NCBI RefSeq assembly: GCF_965247905.1
Contig: NZ_OZ252047.1
Location: forward strand, 724,414-788,413
DNA length: 64,000 nucleotides
Direction of reading: 5' to 3'
Origin: Candidatus Spongiihabitans sp.
Lineage (GTDB): Bacteria > Pseudomonadota > Gammaproteobacteria > Arenicellales > Poriferihabitantaceae
The translations under genes were made by a program, and so were the position numbers. The notes under the pieces are model-generated. The model saw only the letters and a program-made list of their open reading frames with translations. It was not told the DNA's origin and ran no database searches. Shown here piece by piece: positions 30,968 through 41,064 of this stretch; positions within the stretch are counted from its first letter, which is position 1; each line of letters starts with the position of its first letter.

Positions 30968-31828
30968 ATGTTCACCTACCTCAATCCCGATATTCGGCAA
31001 CAGCTTATTGATACCGGAAAATTGCTACGCATTGATCGTGATGGGACGCCTGTCAACGGTGAAACTACGATGCTTGCGGATGCCGCCGCGCCGCGTGCTG
31101 ATGCCACCGCGCCGCGTGCTGATGAAGGGGTCATCAATCTTTTAGGCCCCATTCCGCTGCCGTTAAAAATGGGCGGGCAATCTTATCAGGCAGACTGGTA
31201 TGCCGCGGTGCGTAGCGCCGAGCTGCAGAAAGTTGAAGAACTCGCCGCCACGCTGCGGGAAAGCGGTGGTCAAAACCGGTTTGCGACGCTGGCCACATCC
31301 ATGGCGGTAAATAGTGTGCTGTTGATTGGCGATGCCGGAAATGCTGACAACCCGTTAGTGCGGGTACATTCAAATTGCCTGACCGGGGATGTTTTTGGTT
31401 CTGAACGTTGCGAATGCGGGCCGCAGCTCGAATCCGCGCTCGGTCGAATTTCAAATGACCCCGATGGCGGCATGATTGTGTACATGGCTGGGCACGAAGG
31501 GCGTGGCATCGGCTTATGGGCGAAAGCCGCGACCTATCTTTTGCAGGACGCGGGAGAAAACACCTATCAAGCCAATCAATCTTTGGGGCTGCCAACCGAT
31601 TCCAGGGATTTCACCGATGCCGCTGCGCTAATTTTGTTTTTTCTCGGCGACAGGCCTATGCGCTTATTGACCAACAATCCAAAGAAAATTGAAGACCTGT
31701 CCGCTGCCGGACTGACCCAAATGACGATTGAGAAGCATGTGGTTGGCGTGAGCAAATGGAATAAACGGTATTTATCTGCCAAACAAAGCTGGGGCCATAA
31801 AATTGGTGATTCGGATATTGCAAAGTGA
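30968..31828 (+). CDS. ribA: GTP cyclohydrolase II domain protein with ~100-aa N-terminal extension
   Basis: VRVHSNCLTGDVFGSERCECGPQLESAL...GHEGRGIGLWAKAATYLLQD...TNNPKK. The N-terminus contains the duplicated APRADA-TAPRADE. Confidence 0.7.
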   Translation: MFTYLNPDIRQQLIDTGKLLRIDRDGTPVNGETTMLADAAAPRADATAPRADEGVINLLGPIPLPLKMGGQSYQADWYAAVRSAELQKVEELAATLRESGGQNRFATLATSMAVNSVLLIGDAGNADNPLVRVHSNCLTGDVFGSERCECGPQLESALGRISNDPDGGMIVYMAGHEGRGIGLWAKAATYLLQDAGENTYQANQSLGLPTDSRDFTDAAALILFFLGDRPMRLLTNNPKKIEDLSAAGLTQMTIEKHVVGVSKWNKRYLSAKQSWGHKIGDSDIAK

Positions 31829-31874
31829 CGCTTGCTGGTCGCTGCGATTGCCGACTTTAGGGATACTCATGCGG

Positions 31875-33083
31875 TTATGCGAACTTGGCAATGAGTGCTT
31901 GCTTAACAGACTTGTGCGATACTGCGTTCACGATCAGTTGGTTGCACTCGTTAAACCGCATAAAATTGCCCAACTCTTTTGCTAACGCATTGGTGAATTC
32001 ATCAAATCGGTTCACGGTTGGCTCCAGCACCAGATTATGGATAATCAACGAATTGGTTTTCCGCTCCGCTTTGCAATCCATTCGCGCCGCCAACGCCGCA
32101 TTCCACATAATGGGCAAACAAAAATAACCGTATTTTCGTTTTGCTTCCGGCACATAACACTCAATCTGGTAGTCGAACCCGAACAACTTGCCAATCCGCT
32201 TGCGTTGAATAACCAGGTTATCAAATGGCGAAAGGATTTTTAAGCGCGCTCGGGCAAGCGGTTTTGAAAGCAACTCCAGCATCCGCGGAAACACATAATA
32301 GCGATCGTTATCGCGATGGTTGTTGATGATGTTCATGCGAATCAACTCGCCGTGTTCCAGCATGTTGTCCAGCTCGACTCGCACATCCCCTTTAATGCCT
32401 TTTCTTAAATAGGAAATTTCACTGGCCTGCCCCAGCCCATTTGCTTCAAGATATCTCCGAATTAGAAAACGATGCCACGCACTGGTTGACGGCATGGCGG
32501 TATTCACCGTTTCGGGTAAAACCCGAGAGGTTAAATCATAGACCTTTTGGAAGCCTTGCCGCCTGACTACCATTAGTTTGCCTTCCATGAATAGTTGTTC
32601 CAGTGCATATTTGGCAGGCTTCCTTTCCCACATCGCCAGTTTGCCTGTTTCCTGGCGTTCAAAATCTCTTGCCTGAACCGGGCCTTCATCAACAATGCGT
32701 TTGAGGACTTGGCGTTTTAATTTAGGGTCACATTCATACCAGTGCTTTCGACCTTTGGCGATAGCCGCCATATCAGGCAAGTAAAATCGATAGTCGCGCA
32801 TCGGCAGATAGGCCGCGGCATGAGACCAGTATTCAAAGACCTTGCCTTGTTGCACCAGCGCATCCAGATGGCGATGGTTATAGCGCGGATTGCGGTTCCA
32901 CAACGTATGATGATGCGCGCGCTGGACGACCGAGAGGGTGTCGATTTGGACATAGCCCAGATGTTCGATCGCGCCCAAGGTGGCCTCAATCGCTGTTCCG
33001 GTTTTTTGCGCGGTCAACACTCGCTGGCTTTGCAGCGCCAGTTTTCGGGCTTCCTCGACGGAAAGCGAACTTGAATTTTTCAC
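31875..33083 (-). CDS. YcaQ/AlkZ-like winged-helix protein (DUF1006; DNA interstrand-crosslink glycosylase family)
   Basis: EEARKLALQSQRVL...AIEHLGYVQIDTLSVVQRAHHHTLWNR...; 402 aa. Family call is from memory. Confidence 0.65.
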   Translation of the reverse strand: MKNSSSLSVEEARKLALQSQRVLTAQKTGTAIEATLGAIEHLGYVQIDTLSVVQRAHHHTLWNRNPRYNHRHLDALVQQGKVFEYWSHAAAYLPMRDYRFYLPDMAAIAKGRKHWYECDPKLKRQVLKRIVDEGPVQARDFERQETGKLAMWERKPAKYALEQLFMEGKLMVVRRQGFQKVYDLTSRVLPETVNTAMPSTSAWHRFLIRRYLEANGLGQASEISYLRKGIKGDVRVELDNMLEHGELIRMNIINNHRDNDRYYVFPRMLELLSKPLARARLKILSPFDNLVIQRKRIGKLFGFDYQIECYVPEAKRKYGYFCLPIMWNAALAARMDCKAERKTNSLIIHNLVLEPTVNRFDEFTNALAKELGNFMRFNECNQLIVNAVSHKSVKQALIAKFA

Positions 33084-33976
33084 ATGCGCGAGTGCAAGCG
33101 AGATTTCAAGGTTGCCAATACCGCTTCCAATTCGCGTCTCTCCTCATCATTGAGTTCAAGCAAAGGTTTCCGCACCGGCCCGGCCGGCAGTCCGGCTATT
33201 CGGCAAGCGTGTTTCACGCTTTGAATCAGTTTGCCGCCGCGCTCAAGAATGGCCATGAACGGCATCAATGCCGACATGATGCGGCGCCCTTTTTCAATAT
33301 CGTTTTCGAGCACCACCGCTTGGTACAGCGCGATATGCTCTTTGGGCAGGCAGTTGCCGCCGGCGCAAACCCAACCGCGCGCGCCCCAGGCGAAAAATTC
33401 CAGCGCCTGATCGTCCATGCCGCATAACAGCGCAAGGCGCGGATAGTCCAGCGCCAACTTATGCAACTGGTTGATATCGCCGGTTGACTCCTTGATCGCG
33501 CTGAAATTCGGGCTGCGCCCGACGAGATTGAAAAACTCATCGCGCATGGCGGTGCCGGTCCTGCCGGGATGGTTGTAAAGCATGATCGGCAGATTGACTT
33601 CACGATCAATCGCCAATGCATGATTCGCCAACTCGGTCTGGGTCGGGGCTGCGTAATAAGGCGCGCTCAGCAAAATCGCATCGGCGCCGTTTTCTTTCGC
33701 CAGCACACCATACTCGATACAGTCTTCGGTGCGAATCGCGCCGACGCCGATAATCAGCGGCACTCTGTTTTTAATGACTTGTTTGGCGAGCGCCATTAAC
33801 TCGACTCTTTCTTGTTTGGTCTGCGCATAGTATTCGCCGGTGCTGCCGCCGACGATAATGCCGTGCACTCCGGACTGCAGCAGATGCTCGATCATGCGCA
33901 CGAAACCCGCTTTGTCGATATCACCGTTGTCGTGATGCGGCGTGATGACCGGCGGGTAGATGCCTTCAAATTTCAT
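33080..33976 (-). CDS. dihydrodipicolinate synthase (DapA) family lyase
   Basis: ITPHHDNGDIDKAGFVRMIEHLLQSGVHGIIVGGSTGEYYAQT...; its stop overlaps the downstream YcaQ-like start (ATGA). Confidence 0.75.
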   Translation of the reverse strand: MKFEGIYPPVITPHHDNGDIDKAGFVRMIEHLLQSGVHGIIVGGSTGEYYAQTKQERVELMALAKQVIKNRVPLIIGVGAIRTEDCIEYGVLAKENGADAILLSAPYYAAPTQTELANHALAIDREVNLPIMLYNHPGRTGTAMRDEFFNLVGRSPNFSAIKESTGDINQLHKLALDYPRLALLCGMDDQALEFFAWGARGWVCAGGNCLPKEHIALYQAVVLENDIEKGRRIMSALMPFMAILERGGKLIQSVKHACRIAGLPAGPVRKPLLELNDEERRELEAVLATLKSRLHSRM

Positions 33977-34017
33977 GGTTATTCTGCAAAAATATTGGAC
34001 GCCTGATCAGCGCCGTA

Positions 34018-34989
34018 TTAAGATGCGGATTCCTTCCATTTTCGTTTCCTTTCGCATTTCCTTTCGCGTTTCCTTTTCAGGGCCCGTTTGGCTCGCTCCT
34101 CGCCAGCCAAGTGAACCTCGATTAATTCCTGCCGCATCATCGCGGGCGTTTCCAGGGTAAATCGGCCCAATCTGCCGGCGCGCGCATCCGCCAGCAACGC
34201 TTTCGCCGCACGATCCATATCGACCTGCCCGCCTTTAACCAGGCAACCCATTCTTCTGCCTGCTTGCTCAAGCAGCGCCGCGCTGTTGTCGGGCAGTTTC
34301 TCCAGATGATAACGCTCCATTAATCTGTGCGGATGCATGCGCATAAAATAGTCCGCGGCGAATTCAGCAATGTCCCGATGGGAAATCGCGGTATCCCGAA
34401 TTGCGCCAGTGACCGCCAAACGATAACCGCTATTCCTGTTTTCCACTTTTGGCCACAACATCCCCGGGGTGTCCAGCAACACAAATCCCGGTTCAATTTC
34501 AATCACCTGCTGGACTTTGGTCAGCGCAGGCTGGTCGCCGGTTTTGGCGACGTTGCTGCCGGCCAAGCCATTTATCAGCGTGGATTTGCCCACATTGGGA
34601 ATGCCCATGACCATTGCCGTGATGATGGATTTTGAACCCGCATTTTCATTGTAAAGTTGCCAACACCGGGCCGGTATCCGAGAAATGGCTTGAGCTTTGC
34701 GGATATCCGCGACCAGCACTTTTGTTTGTTGGTCGGATTCATAATGCTGTTGCCACAGGGTATTCAATTGCGCATCCGCCAGATCGCTTTTTGACAACAC
34801 TTTCAGGCACGGCTTGCGCCCGCGCAACGATGCCAACATCGGGTTTTCACTGCTAAATGGAATGCGCGCATCCAGCAATTCAATGCAGACATCCACTTTC
34901 TTCAGCATCGTCGTGATGTCCTTGCCGGCTTTGTGCATGTGTCCCGGATACCACTGAATTTGATGGGTTGCCATTTTGCTCATCGTCAA
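34018..34989 (-). CDS. rbgA: ribosome biogenesis GTPase RbgA/YlqF
   Basis: IQWYPGHMHKAGKDI..., circularly permuted G motifs (LSKSDL ... GIPNVGKSTLIN ... DTPG). Lys/Arg-rich repetitive tail. Confidence 0.85.
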   Translation of the reverse strand: MTMSKMATHQIQWYPGHMHKAGKDITTMLKKVDVCIELLDARIPFSSENPMLASLRGRKPCLKVLSKSDLADAQLNTLWQQHYESDQQTKVLVADIRKAQAISRIPARCWQLYNENAGSKSIITAMVMGIPNVGKSTLINGLAGSNVAKTGDQPALTKVQQVIEIEPGFVLLDTPGMLWPKVENRNSGYRLAVTGAIRDTAISHRDIAEFAADYFMRMHPHRLMERYHLEKLPDNSAALLEQAGRRMGCLVKGGQVDMDRAAKALLADARAGRLGRFTLETPAMMRQELIEVHLAGEERAKRALKRKRERKCERKRKWKESAS

Positions 34990-35095
34990 TCGGCCTGCTT
35001 AAAAAGTTATGCCCTAAAAGTCATGGCCCAAAGGTTATTGTCTTATTCTAACGCGCAGGTACACTGTACACTAAAAGCGGAGATTCAATTTTCGT

Positions 35096-35923
35096 ATGTG
35101 CATACTTTTTCTGGCCATTAACCAGCATCCCGATTATCCGTTGATTGTGGCGGCCAACCGCGATGAAAGCTTTGCGCGGTCGTCTCAGTCGATGCACTAC
35201 TGGCCGGATCATCCTGAAATTTTAGCCGGCCGGGATGCCTTGCAAGGCGGCAGTTGGCTGGGGGTTAACTCGGCCGGACGATTTTGCGCGGTGACCAACT
35301 TCAGCACCGGCGCTGCCACGAATAGGCGGGCAAAAAGCCGCGGCTGGCTGGTGCAACGCTATTTGGCCCATGAAGAAACCGATAAGCGTTTCATTGCCAG
35401 TCTCCAAAAAACACACCGCGAATACAATCCGTTTAATCTGGTATTCGGCACGCCAGAGAATATCAGCCTGTTTTGCAGCGAGAATTCGTCGCTGCATTGC
35501 TTGACGGAGGGGTTTCATAGTTTATCGAACGGTTTTGTCGACCAGCGTTGGCCTAAAATGTCCTATGGCGTGCAACGGCTGACGGAATTGATCAGCGGCA
35601 ATGCGATGATCGAAATAAGCCAGCTCAATGCACTTATGCGCGATCAGAGCAAAGCCGGCGAGCATGACCTGCCGGGCGCCAGCGCCGGCATCGACCCGGG
35701 CATCAACCCGGGCATGAACATGAGTCAAGCCATGGAAAAACAACGGTCATCCATTTTCATTCGCGCCAGCGACCATGGTGGCCATGGCGACCATGTCGAT
35801 TACGGAACGCGCACCACCTCTTATGTGTTGTACTCGCATGAGAATATCAGCGTCTATGAATTCAACTATGACAAGGATGCTCGGGTCACTGACCAGCAGG
35901 CGTTTACATTGCCCCGCGGTTAA
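35096..35923 (+). CDS. NRDE-family protein (DUF833)
   Basis: MCILFLAINQHPDYPLIVAANRDESFARSS. Confidence 0.8.
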   Translation: MCILFLAINQHPDYPLIVAANRDESFARSSQSMHYWPDHPEILAGRDALQGGSWLGVNSAGRFCAVTNFSTGAATNRRAKSRGWLVQRYLAHEETDKRFIASLQKTHREYNPFNLVFGTPENISLFCSENSSLHCLTEGFHSLSNGFVDQRWPKMSYGVQRLTELISGNAMIEISQLNALMRDQSKAGEHDLPGASAGIDPGINPGMNMSQAMEKQRSSIFIRASDHGGHGDHVDYGTRTTSYVLYSHENISVYEFNYDKDARVTDQQAFTLPRG

Positions 35924-35954
35924 GCTTTCCTGTCGCAGGATTTTCCGGCCATGA

Positions 35955-36902
35955 CTACGGTCGAAAATACTTGGCGCAATCCGGCTTTATTCGTTGCCAG
36001 CCGCGATCCAGAATTGCCACGATGTCATCCGCTAATTTGCCGCCGTCGACATGCGCCAGGTTTTGTTGCAACTGGGATAACTTGCTGGCGCCGAGAATGA
36101 TGCCGTCGCCGTCTTTGGCTGACAATTGCGAATGATGAACAAGCCAGCGCAACGCGGCATTCGCGGGCGTCACGCCATGTTTCGCGCAAGCCGCTGTCAA
36201 GGTCGCAAGCACATCGAAATAATCCGCTTTCCAATAGCGGGTGGTATATTGGTTGTTTGACAAAAACCGGCCGTACTCAGGCGCTTGCTCGAAGTTTGTG
36301 TGTTTTCCGGTGAGCAACCCGCCTGCCAGAGGGTTATAAGCGTAAAAGCGGATGCCGTAGTTACGCAAACAAGGCAACAATTCCCGCTCCACATCGCGGG
36401 TCAGGGCGTTGTACATTCCTTGATAGACCGTCGGCGTCATCCAGCCTCGAGCGCGGCAAGTCTCGACCACTTCGGCGACCTGCCAGGCCGAAAAGTTACT
36501 CAGCCCAAATCGCCGAAATGCGCCCTGCTGGTAAAACTCCCAGCATTTTGCCAAGGTATCCGCAATCGGCGTATCCAGATCCGGCGAATGCAGATACAGC
36601 AAATCGACCGCGGCTGCCCGCAATCGCTCAAGGCTTTCCGTAAGTTGCGTTGCAACCTGCTCGGGCTTTAATCCATCGTCATTCCATGGATTCACCTTGG
36701 TTGCCATCTTGAACTTCAACCCGGGATTTTCGGTTAGCAACCGGCCCAGCAGCGCCTCGGTTTTTCCGTCGTTGTATTGGTGCGCGGTATCCAGTTCATG
36801 GCCGTTTTTGCCCTGAAACAATTCAAGCATTCGCAGAGACGTGGCCGCATCAGCCTGGTTGGAAAAGGTCAGTGTTCCTAAAATAATTTTCAACATGCTC
36901 AT
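35955..36902 (-). CDS. aldo/keto reductase
   Basis: LGTLTF...LDTAHQYNDGKTEALLG...LYLHSPD...GLSNF. Confidence 0.85.
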   Translation of the reverse strand: MSMLKIILGTLTFSNQADAATSLRMLELFQGKNGHELDTAHQYNDGKTEALLGRLLTENPGLKFKMATKVNPWNDDGLKPEQVATQLTESLERLRAAAVDLLYLHSPDLDTPIADTLAKCWEFYQQGAFRRFGLSNFSAWQVAEVVETCRARGWMTPTVYQGMYNALTRDVERELLPCLRNYGIRFYAYNPLAGGLLTGKHTNFEQAPEYGRFLSNNQYTTRYWKADYFDVLATLTAACAKHGVTPANAALRWLVHHSQLSAKDGDGIILGASKLSQLQQNLAHVDGGKLADDIVAILDRGWQRIKPDCAKYFRP

Positions 36903-36906
36903 ATCA

Positions 36907-36973
36907 TTTAAGTATGGGTCGTTTAAGTATGGGTCGTTTAAGTATGGGTCGTTTAAGTATGGGTCATTTAAGT
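36907..36973. repeat. 15-bp tandem repeat x4.5 (tttaagtatgggtcg) in the 5' leader of the aldo/keto reductase gene
   Basis: Read directly; begins 5 nt upstream of the ATG (36902, minus strand). Confidence 0.95.
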
Positions 36974-37044
36974 CGTGAATATTCGGTTATTTTATTCTAT
37001 ATTGCGAGCCTCTTACGCGCGCGCAAAAATGCGATTGCAAGTTC

Positions 37045-37767
37045 ATGAACACACTCGATGACACACTCGATGACATTGGCCGTTTGGCGGGGGAATATGG
37101 TTTAGTGCTGCGTGGCCGGTTTTGCGTCAATGCAGATGACCATGTGCCGGAAATCGCCGCGGGCGTTACCGCATCAACGCTGATTTTATTCGGTAATGCG
37201 GGCTCTTCGTTTTGGGAATGTTTTTCAGGCTCGAGAGAGGTTGCCGACGGTCGGGCCGACCCATTGAATCGGTGGAGTCAAAGAGTTGGCGAAATCATCG
37301 CTAGCAAATTAACCGGCCGGGCGTTGTTTCCGTTCGGCGGGCCGCCCTACCAACCCTTTATAAACTGGGCTAAAAAAGCGGAATCATTGCAGTCATCCAG
37401 GCTTGGAATGTTGATTCACCCTCAATATGGCTTATGGCATGCCTATCGGTTTGCCATCGCGCTGTCCGACTCGCCGATCGAACCAGCGGCTTTGCAACCG
37501 CAAACAGTTGATCATGACATCTGCCAACGTTGCATTGAGCAGCCCTGTTTAAGCGCCTGTCCGGTAGGCGCTTTTTCGGATTCCGGCTATGACGTCGAAG
37601 CCTGTTATGGCTTTCTAAAACAAAATGCGGAATCATCCTGCCGTACCGAAACCTGCCAGGCTCGGCGGGCCTGCCCGCAAGGACATGCTTTTCGCTATCA
37701 GGCTGAGCACGCCCGATTTCATATGGATGCGTTCTTTCACAACGCCGCCAATCGCCCGGATGAATGA
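37045..37767 (+). CDS. putative Fe-S (ferredoxin-like Cys cluster) protein
   Basis: CQRCIEQPCLSACPVGAF...C...CRTETCQARRACPQG; the remainder is unassigned. Confidence 0.5.
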   Translation: MNTLDDTLDDIGRLAGEYGLVLRGRFCVNADDHVPEIAAGVTASTLILFGNAGSSFWECFSGSREVADGRADPLNRWSQRVGEIIASKLTGRALFPFGGPPYQPFINWAKKAESLQSSRLGMLIHPQYGLWHAYRFAIALSDSPIEPAALQPQTVDHDICQRCIEQPCLSACPVGAFSDSGYDVEACYGFLKQNAESSCRTETCQARRACPQGHAFRYQAEHARFHMDAFFHNAANRPDE

Positions 37768-37831
37768 GCGGATGAATGGCCGGATAAATGAGCGGATGAA
37801 TGGCCGGATAAATGAGCGGATAAATGGCCGG
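37755..37831 (+). repeat. 24-bp tandem repeat (x2.7) seeded by the last codons and stop of the preceding gene
   Basis: ...ccggatgaatga | gcggatgaatggccggataaatga x2 | gcggataaatggccgg. Each full unit ends in an in-frame TGA. Confidence 0.9.
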
Positions 37832-37957
37832 GCATTTGGCAAAAATTATCGCTTAAAAAGACGCCGGCTGGATATTTCAAAGTCAATGTTACCTTAGAAT
37901 CCAGCCTTTCCTGTTCATCAGGACTGAATTTCAAATTACCATAGCCGCGCAAAAACC

Positions 37958-39964
37958 ATGTCTTATCAACTGGGTATTGATACCGGGGGCACCTACACCG
38001 ACGCGGTTATCGTCGATGAGCGACAAACGGCAGTCGCGAAAAACAAGAGCCTGACCACGAGTTTTGATCTGACCATCGGCATCGGCAATGCGATTTCCAG
38101 TCTGCCTCAGGCGTTACTGGAAGAAGTCAATCTGGTGGCGTTGTCGACCACGCTGTCGACCAACTCCGTGGTCGAGGGGCGCGGCGCGCCGGTCGCCATT
38201 CTGCTGCCGGGCTACAACGACAGCCAAGTCGCCAAGAGCGGGTTGTTGGAAATCCTGGAAAAGGAATACATCACCCTGTTGGACGGCGGGCATGACGCAA
38301 CCGGCGCTCAATTAATGTCTTTGGATTCGGACCTGGCGCGGAAAAAAATTCTTGAACAAAACGACCGCGTCTCCGCGTTTGCGGTCTCGGCCATGTTTGG
38401 CACGCGCAATTCCAGCCATGAAAAACAACTGCGGGATATGGTCAAGGCATTGACCGGCAAGCCGGTGGTCTGCGGCCATGAGTTGGCGTCCAGCCTGGGC
38501 GCGCCGCGGCGGGCGTTAACGGTGGCGCTGAATGCGCGCATGATTCTTTATATTCAAGCGTTGATCAATTCCGTGGAGTCGATTCTGCAAGAAAAAAATA
38601 TTACCGCGCCGTTAATGATCGTAAAGGGCGATGGCTCGTTGGTGAACGCCGCAACCGCGTTATTGCAGCCGGTGACCACGGTGCTGTCGGGGCCTGCGGC
38701 CAGCGTCATCGGCGCTTGCGCGCTGAGCGGATTGCAAGAGGCTATCGTTGTCGATATCGGCGGCACCACCACCGACATCGCCATCGTCACCGAGGGCAAG
38801 CCGCAGTTGTGCGAGGATGGCGCGCGCATCGGAAATTGGCAGCCCATGGTGGAGGCGATCCGGGTTTTTTCCATTGGCTTGGGCGGCGACAGCGAGGTTC
38901 GATTCAAGGCTAAACTGGATATTTCCCAGCGCCGGGTTGTGCCAATGAGTTTGCTGGCGCATCAATTTCCGCAGGTGATGACCGCCATCGAACGTCAATA
39001 TAGCGGTTCTCCCAGCCCCCGAAACAACAAATTCGCCTTGCCCTTGCAGAACAATGAAGTGTTACTGCGTCATCTAAACGAGGCTGAGCTTGCGGCTTGG
39101 GAGAGATTGCTGCAAGGCCCGGTTGAACTCGAATCTCTGGTGGATACCAATCGACCGATGATGCGCGCCATCGCCAGAATGGAGCGCCTGGGTTTGGTGA
39201 TATACAGCGGCTTTACCCCCTCCGATGCGACCCATGTGTTGGGCATGAGCGATCATTGGAATATTCAGGCCGCGGAACTGGGCGCGAAAATTTGGGCGCG
39301 ACAGATGCGGCACTTGTATGGCTGCGGCAACTGGGAAGCGGGAGATGCGATTGCGCCGTGCCAGGCAGTATTCGATTTGGTGACTCAAGAGATCAGCCAA
39401 AAATTAATAGAGGCCGGCTTGAACCAGCATGGCAAACTGGCGGATTCCCAGTCGCAAAACTTGACCCGGTTGCTGGTGGATATTGTGCTTAAGCGTGGCC
39501 AGGCGGGTCGTGTCAAACCATTGTTCAACTTGCAGTTTGCCGCCGATTATCCCATTGTTGCAGTCGGCGGCCCGGCCGCGGATTTCTTTCCTGAGGTGGC
39601 CCGGCTATTGGCGGTTGATTTGCATATACCGACTCATGCGGATACCGCCAATGCCATCGGCGCGGTCCTGGGGGCGGTGGTGCAGATTGTGCATATCACC
39701 GTCAATCAGCCGGAATTTGGCGTGTTCATTTTATTTCACAAGGATGAGCCGATCAAGTTTGAAAAACTGGATATCGCCATTGAGCATGCGATCGAAATGG
39801 CCAAAAAAGAAGCTTACGACCTGGCCGAAAAGGCCGGCGCAATGTCGATTGAGACGACAATCAAGCAGCACGCGAATCACATCAAGCATGACATCGATGG
39901 CGAGCTGTTTGTCAGCACCACGATAACCGCAGTCGCGTCCGGCCGCCCGAACTGCTTGGTTTAA
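37958..39964 (+). CDS. hydantoinase/oxoprolinase (HyuA-like) family protein
   Basis: MSYQLGIDTGGTYTDAVIVDE... and VVDIGGTTTDIAIV (ASKHA-fold phosphate motifs). Confidence 0.75.
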   Translation: MSYQLGIDTGGTYTDAVIVDERQTAVAKNKSLTTSFDLTIGIGNAISSLPQALLEEVNLVALSTTLSTNSVVEGRGAPVAILLPGYNDSQVAKSGLLEILEKEYITLLDGGHDATGAQLMSLDSDLARKKILEQNDRVSAFAVSAMFGTRNSSHEKQLRDMVKALTGKPVVCGHELASSLGAPRRALTVALNARMILYIQALINSVESILQEKNITAPLMIVKGDGSLVNAATALLQPVTTVLSGPAASVIGACALSGLQEAIVVDIGGTTTDIAIVTEGKPQLCEDGARIGNWQPMVEAIRVFSIGLGGDSEVRFKAKLDISQRRVVPMSLLAHQFPQVMTAIERQYSGSPSPRNNKFALPLQNNEVLLRHLNEAELAAWERLLQGPVELESLVDTNRPMMRAIARMERLGLVIYSGFTPSDATHVLGMSDHWNIQAAELGAKIWARQMRHLYGCGNWEAGDAIAPCQAVFDLVTQEISQKLIEAGLNQHGKLADSQSQNLTRLLVDIVLKRGQAGRVKPLFNLQFAADYPIVAVGGPAADFFPEVARLLAVDLHIPTHADTANAIGAVLGAVVQIVHITVNQPEFGVFILFHKDEPIKFEKLDIAIEHAIEMAKKEAYDLAEKAGAMSIETTIKQHANHIKHDIDGELFVSTTITAVASGRPNCLV

Positions 39965-40474
39965 ACTGAACAACCGAAGAGCATCCCTCGGAGGGTTACA
40001 AGTTTCAATCTACTATTTCGGATGTTGACTTGTTGCGTGTAAATGCTAAACTAACTTATCCGACCGATGAATACCATGGGCTATTAGATGAGCGATGAGA
40101 CAACCCCAAGTGTAGAGCTTGCGCGGCTTATCAGGCGAATCACAGACCGAATTTTGCCCGATACGTCCAAGCGAAGCAGCAATTCATCCCCTTTTGTAAG
40201 ATACGCCGTAGCGTTCCTTGGAGCATGCACTGGGCTCCTTTTGCGATGTTCTTCGCACTTACCAAACGTCCAGCTATAAGTGACAACGCTTCCATCTTTG
40301 TGGACTATGCGGATTCTTGGTGGACATTTTTACTCATTCCTACCATTTTGTTGTCGGTTATGTTCTCGCTTTTAATCGGAGCAAGCGTTAGACGTAGCAC
40401 GCCGTTGAATTTCTATCTTTGGGTCTGACCGTCCCCGTGCTGGTTACCAACATGCTGAAGTTCACATTTTGATA

Positions 40475-41044
40475 ATGAACAAGCAGACGATAAAAACATT
40501 AATCTTGTCGGTGGCCCTTGGTTGGGCAATGCAGAGCATTTCTCAGGATGATGTTTCCGAGACAAATATCCCCGCAATCTATTTCGTTGGCGACCCGATC
40601 AAAACATACCCCGCAACCCCTTTGAAAAAAATTCTTTGGGGAGGTGTCGCACTGATCAATCCCAGCGACCAGTATACACCGGTCCCCTTATATGGCTATT
40701 CGGTTGATGGGCTGTGGGACACCGTCTACGAGAAGGCGTTAATCGAGGCAGCGAAGGGCAATGTTCATATTGCGATGGTGAAGTGGGATCGCCCAAGCGC
40801 GGGCGTCTATACCATACAAGGTGTTCGCGTCAATCCTATGGCTGAAGAGAAATTCAAATCATCGTGGAATCAATTCCGTAAAGACAACATCAAAGATGAC
40901 AGCGGGACTAACTGGTTGATAGCATTTACCCGTCCGCTTAAGTTTGACGATAAAAATGTCGTAAAAGAAACAGAATTCATCGTTTCCCCGGGTCTCTGGT
41001 GGAGCTCGCCAAAAGATCGGGGAGGAGATAATTGGGTTCCGTAA
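40475..41044 (+). CDS. hypothetical secreted protein
   Basis: Signal-peptide-like MNKQTIKTLILSVALGWAMQSISQ. No recognisable domain; AT-rich. Confidence 0.5.
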   Translation: MNKQTIKTLILSVALGWAMQSISQDDVSETNIPAIYFVGDPIKTYPATPLKKILWGGVALINPSDQYTPVPLYGYSVDGLWDTVYEKALIEAAKGNVHIAMVKWDRPSAGVYTIQGVRVNPMAEEKFKSSWNQFRKDNIKDDSGTNWLIAFTRPLKFDDKNVVKETEFIVSPGLWWSSPKDRGGDNWVP

Positions 41045-41064
41045 CTTAGCGATGCGGCGCGAAA

